From: Octopus sinensis
Lineage: Eukaryota
Direction of reading: 5' to 3'
Length of the DNA stretch: 64,000 nucleotides
NCBI RefSeq assembly: GCF_006345805.1
Contig: NC_043005.1
Span: 48,174,001-48,238,000, forward strand
Below the pieces are notes generated by a model. That model did no database searches. It saw only the letters and a list, made by a program, of their open reading frames with translations, and was not told the DNA's origin. The first letter of the stretch is position 1. Each line of letters begins with the position of its first letter. The position numbers and the translations under genes were made by a program. Shown here piece by piece: positions 53,701-64,000 of this stretch.

Positions 53701-54240
53701 TGCACATATTGTATTAGAGTCTCCTAACACTACTAGTGAATGCGACGTGGCTAGGAACTTTCCTAGGCCACGAAAATATTCAGTTTGCGGGCCAATAATG
53801 TTTGGTGCATAAATAGCGACCAGCCTGATTGTCTTGCCACAACTGAATGTCAAGTCGAGAACGACCAGCCTGCCTTCTGGGTCAGAAAAAACCAACTTTT
53901 TCTCGGCTACCCGGTTTCTTTTTAGTAGGACCAACACCCCACCCCCACCTCCCGCCCGACTCGGAGAAACGTATTTCTCGTAGCCGTTCAGGAGGGGGAG
54001 CAGATCTCTTGGCCCCTTCACCCGGGTTTCCGTTGCAACAATTACATCCAAATTTCTCGACCTGATGTCATTCAGAAAGCGTCCTTGCTTCCAGCTTGAC
54101 AACAGGCCATGAACATTTAAACAACCAATGTGAATACCATCACTTACCTGTTTAATTAGGATTGTCCGGTGGAGGGGGACCCTCCACCTTTTTTTTATCC
54201 AGGGTCGGAGGTGGACGGTCTTGGGAAATAGATTTGTCAA
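50740..54240 (-). CDS. LINE ORF2: APE endonuclease, reverse transcriptase, C-terminal zinc finger
   Basis: LNVHGL, ATET, GDSN, LDRI, SDH (APE); PGLDG, FRPITLLN, KAFDRV, QGCPLSP, FADD (RT); CPRC...H...C. The start codon is uncertain. Confidence 0.95.
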   Translation of the reverse strand: MTNLFPKTVHLRPWIKKRWRVPLHRTILIKQVSDGIHIGCLNVHGLLSSWKQGRFLNDIRSRNLDVIVATETRVKGPRDLLPLLNGYEKYVSPSRAGGGGGVLVLLKRNRVAEKKLVFSDPEGRLVVLDLTFSCGKTIRLVAIYAPNIIGPQTEYFRGLGKFLATSHSLVVLGDSNTICAAHTDCVGSNSNMNRKCNTGFRDLLSQFQLADPYRLEHPNTPQWTWSNSDGSTRTYLDRILIREKDKSIVECPQFFLVSYSDHKMVTCKLTVDKLHRQGSGYWKLNTSLLAIEEYRKRIKMLIQRALTGTIINNKWWYALKRAIKYESIRFSISLAKKGRKIGYGLVKELEEAWRTGNTDQARVKRLELNQHLEAHHMGSITRAKLRAMGSEGIKAAGWARVVEARQGNSSSIRSLTNQNGVLINEPEKMCEVFREYFAQLFGGDGGPGGGRALEDFLTGLPCLSGSDAESCEGPITLEEVMEALADCKAGKSPGLDGLPYELYKCMPDLFGQLLTDVYANWKQNGFIPRSVRRGVVTLVRKDPDKGDVLENFRPITLLNAEVKILAKVLAKRLARVANGIVGEAQTCAIPGRTIQDTLHLIRYTIERFGNKSGKGGALVHLDQSKAFDRVDHRYLATVLARFGLGLGFLRWFIALYHNIDSIVRVNGFLSKPFCIRRSVRQGCPLSPLLYVMALEPLLQRLSGIPREPGLEEFVTAFADDITISVTTVARLREVGKTIEAYEEVAGAKINREKSVGLQLGTWVGKSMPSDSVVRRWTEGPVKLLGVWFGPGLQIEKNWTEVLSRVAAVVKTWSWRWLSLKGRAEVANVFIASVITYRLTVVPCPDSWLIRLERQLFRFLWKGRSPLVKRSVCCQKPLNGGLGMPWLMMRRHALRLRHLWILLDSERVWSPLARQMFPEFKSFCEQEAWCSRRPRSSEWHKECRKALLLFRRSGNASGGGSTRILYSGLVESECDDGLGSTLGLGFIQLDSLFHRTFGLRTLDNFQKSLTWQCYRGALPVWDKLARHGKRQSPTCPRCGGDRETVPHAIVQCPEITEMWAYAEHLLSGEGRVRLSTESIIKIDPPGVLTNEGKNCFLTVVAIAKEAVWNTRIKGIKTGNFISGDNLRSFFSFHLKRKLWLEKRCLSECTFQKRWKYVARVLCVQGTV

Positions 54241-55681
54241 AATCCCGTCTCACCACCGACACAGAATTATCAGGTGGAGGGGGAATCTCCACCTTTTCCT
54301 TTTCTCGCGGGATCGGAGCTGGTAATCCATGAAATATCGACTTGTTAAAATCTAATCTCAATGAAGATACAGTCTTTCTGTACTTATTTTGTAGAATTCT
54401 ATAAGTCTTATTTGAGACTTCATATATGTCGTAATTGATAAATTCCTCTGAAAGGTTATCAATTTTTTTTACAGTCTTTATGAGTTGAATGTCTCTCATG
54501 AGCTCAGTATCTTTAGTGTATACGGCTATTATGCCTTTTTCTTCTTTTTCTCTTCTGGCAGTCTTTTTTGGTCGTTGTTCTGTAGTAGTCGCCGCTCTCG
54601 GCTGGGTTGCTGGTTGTATTTTTCTTTTGTTTGTTGTTTTTTTCTCATCTGTTTCTTCTTTATCTTCTTCCTCTTTGTCTTTTTTCTCCTCTTCCTCCTT
54701 TTCTTCATTTTCATTGCAGTTCCTTCGAATGTGGCCTAATTGACCACATAAAAAACATCGAGGTTTTCGGCCCTCAACAAACACCACGAGGTTCTCCTCC
54801 CCTACCTCAATTGTCTCAGGAATTGTTTGAATTATTTTAGGGTCCGCTTGAATGAGAAGATTAATTGTTTGACCATCCCAGCGTGGGTTTTCCGTAGCGG
54901 TAGCCTGGAGGAGAGTAATTTTTTCTACCTCTTTGATTAGGACTGCCGCCAACAACCACATAGGTTCGACCTCTGGCGGGACCCTTGTAATTTTTATTCG
55001 CGACGTCCTCATCCCCATATAATAGGGTATTAACTCCACGTCGTTCGTTTTCAACGTTTCAACTGAGTTCTTGTGTGCTATTTCTTTATTGGTGAACCTT
55101 ACTTCCACCGTTCCGAATTTTTTTCCTCTTCTCAGAAATACTACGTCGCCCAATATTGGCTTTAAGCACTTTTCTATTTTCTCTTCTGACATTCTTTCAA
55201 TTTTTCTATTTTGTAGACAATATGTTTTGAAAATTATTGTTTTTTGCTTTTCTTCCTGTAATAACTTTTGCGGAGGTTCAATTTTCACACTGTTGTCAGT
55301 TATTTCCATCATTTTGCTGTATTTCATAATTTCGCTTTTATTCGTCGACAGTATCTGGGTTCCACCCCCAGCAGCCAACGCAAAACTTTTTTTTCCATTT
55401 TTTGGTTCTATCTGGATGCTAGGCACATCAATTATTCTCTTCGACACAATGCCTTTGTTCTCTGGCAAAGTCGGAAACTCTTCTGGTGAAAGTTCTGACG
55501 AGCTCTCAGACACATCTCCAAAAATATCAAATATATTATCCTCTCTGCTATTCCTTCTTGTAGCGGGGGAAACCCCTATTTCCTTGTCTGTAGTTGGCTC
55601 CTCGCCGGACATGTATTTCCTCCTCTCAACAGGAGAAACAAGTATTTCTGCTCCAACGGTAGGCTCCATGCTAGACGACAT
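54152..55681 (-). CDS. LINE ORF1, gag-like nucleic-acid-binding protein
   Basis: First ATG at 55681; CCHC knuckle CFLCGQLGHIRRNC; acidic/basic tract; duplicated C-terminal motif DFxKSI...KVExPPPPDN. Confidence 0.9.
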   Translation of the reverse strand: MSSSMEPTVGAEILVSPVERRKYMSGEEPTTDKEIGVSPATRRNSREDNIFDIFGDVSESSSELSPEEFPTLPENKGIVSKRIIDVPSIQIEPKNGKKSFALAAGGGTQILSTNKSEIMKYSKMMEITDNSVKIEPPQKLLQEEKQKTIIFKTYCLQNRKIERMSEEKIEKCLKPILGDVVFLRRGKKFGTVEVRFTNKEIAHKNSVETLKTNDVELIPYYMGMRTSRIKITRVPPEVEPMWLLAAVLIKEVEKITLLQATATENPRWDGQTINLLIQADPKIIQTIPETIEVGEENLVVFVEGRKPRCFLCGQLGHIRRNCNENEEKEEEEKKDKEEEDKEETDEKKTTNKRKIQPATQPRAATTTEQRPKKTARREKEEKGIIAVYTKDTELMRDIQLIKTVKKIDNLSEEFINYDIYEVSNKTYRILQNKYRKTVSSLRLDFNKSIFHGLPAPIPREKEKVEIPPPPDNSVSVVRRDFDKSISQDRPPPTLDKKKVEGPPPPDNPN

Positions 55682-56074
55682 TCTTCCCCCCAAAGGGGGA
55701 ATGAACAACGCGTGCTACCACAAGCACTAAGTGTTTTCAATTGAAAACTCCAACAGTTAAGTTATTCAACAGTTTAACAAGAAACAACAGTTGTTAACAA
55801 TATTAACACCACGAAACAGCAATTCTTATTTCACGAACACATGTGCGACAGACGAAATACGGCCACGCATTTCGCCCGGCGTGCTAACGTTTCTGCCAGA
55901 CGGACGAAATGCCGCTGAGCATTTCTCCCGGCGCAGTAACGATTCCGTCAGCTCGCCACCTTCGTCAATGTGAGTCTAGTTTGAAACCAATACCAATAAT
56001 AGAGGGAAATGGTTTCAGCGAATATCTGATATTTTGCTGACAAGACTGATGAAAATTTATTGAAATCAAACCTT

Positions 56075-56405
56075 TATAAGTTGGCACTCGGTCGGTTACA
56101 GCAAGGGTTCCAGTCGATCCGATCAACGGAACAGCCTGCTCGTGAAATTAACATGCAAGTGGTTGAGCACTCCACAGACACGCTTATCCTTCGCTTAGTT
56201 CTTAGGAAGATTCAGTAGTACTGAGAATGTGACAAGGCTGACCCTTTGAAATACATGTACTACTCATTTTTGCCAGCTGAGTGAACTGGAGCAACATGAA
56301 ATAAAATATCTTGCTCGAGGACACAACACCCTACCGGGAGTCGAACTCATGACCTGAAGACCGTAAGCCGACTTTAAGACCTAACCATTAAACCACGCGC
56401 CTTCA
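56075..56405 (-). mobile_element. tRNA-derived SINE (same family as the 35755 host)
   Basis: Head ggcgcgtggtttaatggttagg...gagttcgactccc. Confidence 0.75.
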
Positions 56406-56589
56406 CACCCTTACAGATCATTTTGGCTTTAACCGTAAAAATGCAGAAGAATATTTTACAGATCGATATATTTGTAAATATGATAATTCCTACATAGAGA
56501 TATTTCAGTTCAGATCTATTTAATGAATAAAACGCTGAGACTTCTATTTTTCCATAAGTAATTTCGGGTCATGTAGTTATTTCCCATAT

Positions 56590-56636
56590 GTACATACATA
56601 CGTATGTATAAATATATGTATGTATGCATGTATGTA

Positions 56637-56701
<65 letters not shown>

Positions 56702-56783
56702 ATATATAGATATATATATATATATATATATATATGCATATATGTATATATATGTATATATATATATGTATATATATATATGA

Positions 56784-56814
<31 letters not shown>

Positions 56815-56836
56815 ATATATATTATATGTATATATG

Positions 56837-56871
<35 letters not shown>

Positions 56872-56878
56872 GTATATA

Positions 56879-56955
<77 letters not shown>

Positions 56956-57190
56956 TATATATGTATATGTATATATATATATATTATATATATATGTATA
57001 TATGTATATATATATATGTATATATATATATATGTATATATGTATATATATATGTATATAATATATATATATATATATTATATATATGTATATATGTATA
57101 TATATATGTATATGTATAATATATATATATATATATATTATATATGTATATATATATATGTATATATATATTATGTATATATATATAATA

Positions 57191-57230
<40 letters not shown>

Positions 57231-57309
57231 ATATATATATATAATATATATGTATATATATATATATTATATATATATATATAATATATATATATATATA
57301 TGTATATGT

Positions 57310-57318
<9 letters not shown>
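56590..57318. repeat. Long imperfect (TA)n
   Basis: Directly visible; a second tract lies at 58305-58880. Confidence 0.95.
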
Positions 57319-59905
<2,587 letters not shown>

Positions 59906-60251
59906 CATACATATATATGTGTGTGTGTGTGTGTATGTATGTATGCGTGTGTATGCACTCACACTTTCATTGTACGATTCTAGATTTTATGTGTGTGTGA
60001 GTGTGATTGAAATCTAATATACATTTGTTCACAAGCTAAGAATTGAACCGGAAGATGTCAAACAGCATTTCTCAGTTGTTTATGCTATTCTACATTATTT
60101 TGTAAGTCGCCAAACTCTTACCCGTTCTCTTACTTCGTAGTAGAATCACATAGAATCGAAAAAGGGAACCGACTAAATTGTTAATTTACGTTGTAGAAGC
60201 CAAATTCACTATAAATACGTGAAAATAAAACATGTTCTTGACTTTTGAATT

Positions 60252-60620
60252 ATACTCTTTTACTTGTTTCAGTCAGTTGACAGTGGCCATGCTGGAGCAC
60301 CGCCTTTAGTCGAGCAAATCGCCCCCAGAACTTATTCTTTGGATGCCTAGTACTTATTCTATCGGTCTCTTTTGCCGAACCGCTAAGTTACGGGGACGTA
60401 AACACACCAGCATTGATTGTCAAGCGATGTTGGGGGGACAAACACAGACACACAAACATACATGTACACATATATACATATATACGACGGGCTTCTTTCA
60501 GTTTCCGTCTACCAAATCCACTCACAAGGCTTTGGTTGGCTCGAGGCTATAGTAGAAGACACTTGCCCAAGGTGCTACGCAGTGGGACTGAACCCGGAAC
60601 TTACACTACAGCCACTCCTA
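60252..60620 (-). mobile_element. SINE family B
   Basis: Reverse complement of the consensus with a head deletion. Confidence 0.88.
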
Positions 60621-62899
60621 GGCATTACGGTTCAAACTTGTGGCCCAGGAGTAATCAATTAATCGGCTCCAATATTTCTCTAATACTTTATTTTAGCGAC
60701 CTCAGATGGAAGGAGACCAAGATTGACATCGGTGGAGGCTTAGACGTAATATGATATGGAAAATCGATGGCACTATACTTAACTATAGTTTACCAGCCCC
60801 ATCAGTATTTGAACATTGAATATAGCAGAGTAAAAGTAAATAATGGTTTCAAATTTTGACATCAGGTCAGGAACTTAAAGGGAGTGGACGAATCGAGTAC
60901 ATCGACCCCCAATATTCAATTGGTGGTTATTTTGCCGAACCTGTAAGGACGAAATGTAAAATTGATTCCGGTGAATTTGAAAGGCAAAAGTAATATAAGC
61001 CATTCCTTATTGGAACTCTGGCAGGTCAGACATTTCCAAAGATATTCCCAGCGTCTTACCATATCCTTTATATGTTTATATTTTGGTTAGGCATATGGCT
61101 AATTTCGGCTGAGGGAGAAAGGAGTGTAAATGATTGACAATATCCTGTATGTGACAGGTGTGCTTAACTTTATTTAGGTAAATAAATATGTGTGACTAAC
61201 AAAACAGACGAGATTAAATTAACCGAAGTAATGCAAAGTAACTCATTTGTATACACGTCGTGCCATGTTAAAAGTCTCGCAAGCAAAAGTAGGTTCTTCG
61301 GAATAGCAAATATAGTTGATTGAATCAACTCCTGTTGATTTCAGAGTTCATCCTGGAAGTATTACAATTTTAAAATTCGAGGAATGAAACAACATACATT
61401 CATATAAATAATCCGGCGCACTGATGTTTCAGCTATCTACAAACGATATGATATTCCTTTCTTACATAAAGACAATAATGCCTCTGGTTGGTAATATGTT
61501 GTTTAGCTGTAGATCAAAGAGAAACCATGATCAAAACGTTCCAGCCATGACGATTGGTCGTTTCACTCACTCCATTCAACATTAGTGTATTTTTAATTAC
61601 ATAATCTAATGTGGTCGTGATTTTTGTTAAACGAGTCCTTGCTGTTATTTCTTGCAGGTCGAACGAACACGTAGAGCAGCCCAATCAGTTTCAAAGAGAC
61701 GGTGAAATAAGATTCTGTGTTACCTTTACATTTTCCAAGTGACTGGAATATAAATAAGCTAAAGATATGATTTTTTTTTATCTGGAAACCAGAAATCTGA
61801 GAAATATTATTTCTTTCGACTTTAAGCAGGATTTTTATAGGAAATAGGCTAGTCGATTACTCAACCGACACTTATTTCATCGACCCCAATACGATGAAAG
61901 TCAAAGTCGACTTCTGAGGAATTTGAATTCAGAACGTAGAAAGCCAGAAGGAATGCTGCTAAGCAATTTTGCCCGTCGCGCTAATGATTCTGCCAGAATC
62001 TAAAAGATAATACTGGCATTAAGTTTCAGTTTCCGTTGTGAAAAAAAATTCTCGCAGATAGTTTTGTAATAAACGAAATTAGAACATATACTCAAGCACA
62101 CGCACATTCATACACACACACACACACACACTCGCGCACATGCAGACGCACACACGCCCAACATACCTCTCCCTTACATATATATGTTGGTGGATCTCAG
62201 TAGCTTGATGAAGAGCAATTTGTTGTTTAATCAACTGAAATCAAATGAATTACCTGCTCCCGAGTTAGAGTGTAAACAGCTAATAATTCCGGAGACACGT
62301 GTACGCTTAACAGTGAAGCATTAGGAGAAATGGGAAAAAAAAGGGTAGTGCAAGTTACAAAAGATGATGCAAGTAATATAAATAATACAAATATCAGAAA
62401 GTGTGATGGAAAAAAGACAAGTCTCAACACTAGTGACTGGAATTAGAAAAGTAACGTGATAAAATAATAAATGTATAGAAAGTGAGATCAATCGAAAAAA
62501 GAAAAAGTGAAATTCTTGTATGATATCAAAGTATGTATGGACAGGAAGGTCTTAGGTAACAAAGAAAGCGTTGGAGGCAGATTTGAATAGGGGGAAAAAT
62601 AGAAATTGAACTATGTGAAGAATAGAAGAATTAATAAAGCTCGTGAGTGAGATACTACATATAATGAAGGAGAGTAACAGAGTGAGAGCGTAAGAATAAA
62701 GTGGAGAGGTGACTCTTGAAACATGCAATAAATAAGCGAAGAATTTGTCATTCATAGGGAAATTTCTTTACCTTGGAACTGCAGAGAAAAAGGACAAAGG
62801 ATACGACAGGAGAGGTAGTATTGAATAGGAATCAGAGGGAAGTGCTTACAAAATAGCAAGAAATCAAAAAAGAAGAAAATGAAAGAGACGCATCACTCT

Positions 62900-63010
62900 T
62901 AAAAGAGCGAAAATAAACTGCAGAAAGAAAAATGAAAGAGCAAAAGTAAACTGCAGAAAGAGTGAAAATAATGAAAGAGCGAAAATAAACCGCAGAAAGA
63001 CAAATGAAAC
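62900..63010. repeat. Short degenerate minisatellite
   Basis: aaagagcRaaaRtaaacYgcagaaaga repeated three times. Confidence 0.6.
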
Positions 63011-64000
63011 AAAAGAAGCAACTGGTGTTTCAAAGCTTGAAAAGAAAGAAGATTAAGAATTGCTGAAAGGAGACAGAAATAAAACCTATCATTTTTGATG
63101 GATGCTAAGCTAGAGTAGAAATAGAGTAGAAATAATGTTATTTTAAAAAGAAGTGATGCTGCATATAAAATACTATCCAAATGAGCTAACGAGAGAGTTT
63201 CTACGTGGATGTTCATCCCAATACAAATCACATCCATAATTTTCTCGTCACTTTTTACTAACATGAAAAATGGAGGGATATAGTGTATAATATAGTCTCA
63301 GATGTACTACAAAATGTTTTGTGTCATAGATCTGCTCACTCGGGGTTTACAAATTACTAATCAACAACTGTGCATTAGCAGTTGATTCGAAATAATGACA
63401 CTAAGAACTGGACAATCCAATGTCTTACGTACCTATGGGAAACGCTACCTCCAACTTCTAAGAAACAGGGAACTTCTTTATATTAGATAGCATTGTTAAT
63501 GCGATCGCTTCACTGAAGACAAGGTTTCTGGATTCATATGTGCCACATTTCTGTCATTAGCACCTCTGAGGTGTCTCTGGGCCTGCTTTGTATCGCTTGA
63601 TAATACTTGATTTATATACATGTCTTAATTTCATTATCCTGGAGGAAGGAAAAGTTAAGCTGGCATCGGTAGCTGAACGCAGAAAGGTGACGTAACAAAG
63701 CAGAGACAATATTGAAATTTCAATACACCTGTCATCTCAATTACTCTACTATATTATGTAATATGCAAATTACTTAATTAGGGGGATGAGTCTTGCATTA
63801 GCTGCTACTACTTCTTCCAGCAAGAGAGTCACATGCCAGTTACCAGTAAGAGCTGTAGCCAGACAGGTTCAAGGAACGCTTTAAGTCATTGTAACAGAGG
63901 GGGAAAAAAACATTAGAAAGATTGGCAGCGTTGTTCTGAAGTTGAATAATTTAAAGCTAGTTTGCTCTTAAAGATAAAAGAAGCGTTCAATGGTTTGCAA

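Larger units (their letters stand above)
50495..55848 (-). mobile_element. Full-length L1-clade (Tx1-like) non-LTR retrotransposon
   Basis: Two long ORFs, 5' and 3' UTRs, 13-bp TSD cagacgaaatacg (50482-50494, 55849-55861). Confidence 0.95.
50314..55897 (-). mobile_element. Young SINE A (Tx1-type tail), split by the LINE
   Basis: Head at 55897-55849; body and tail at 50494-50314. Confidence 0.9.
50148..55963 (-). mobile_element. Old SINE A host, split into 55963-55898 and 50313-50148
   Basis: 17-bp TSD agacggacgaaatgccg at 50297-50313 and 55898-55914. Confidence 0.9.

Noticed and set aside
50870-55730. Plus-strand ORFs up to 219 aa
   Set aside because: Antisense shadows of the LINE ORFs with no recognisable motifs.

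Overview
AT-rich, repeat-saturated eukaryotic DNA. The tRNA-derived SINE families and long (TA)n/(ATT)n tracts suggest an octopus (inference). I cannot confidently call any host protein-coding gene, and nearly all short ORFs in the track are microsatellite or repeat noise. The main element is a young, essentially full-length L1-clade (Tx1-like) LINE on the minus strand (50495-55848). It sits inside a young SINE, which sits inside an older SINE, each insertion at the homologous site with its own TSD. The LINE's 3' end matches the young SINE's tail, so the LINE appears both to mobilise and to target the same SINE family. Also present: a decayed R4/Dong-type LINE, a Penelope-like (GIY-YIG) remnant with inverted termini, several small microsatellite-embedded elements carrying hammerhead ribozyme cores (two intact), repeated fold-back inverted duplications starting at (TA)n, a CR1-group LINE 3' end matching a second SINE's tail, MITEs, tRNA-Phe and tRNA-Leu relics, and a ~1 kb near-identical tandem duplication. 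All alignments and folds were done by eye, and repeat boundaries are approximate unless a TSD is given.
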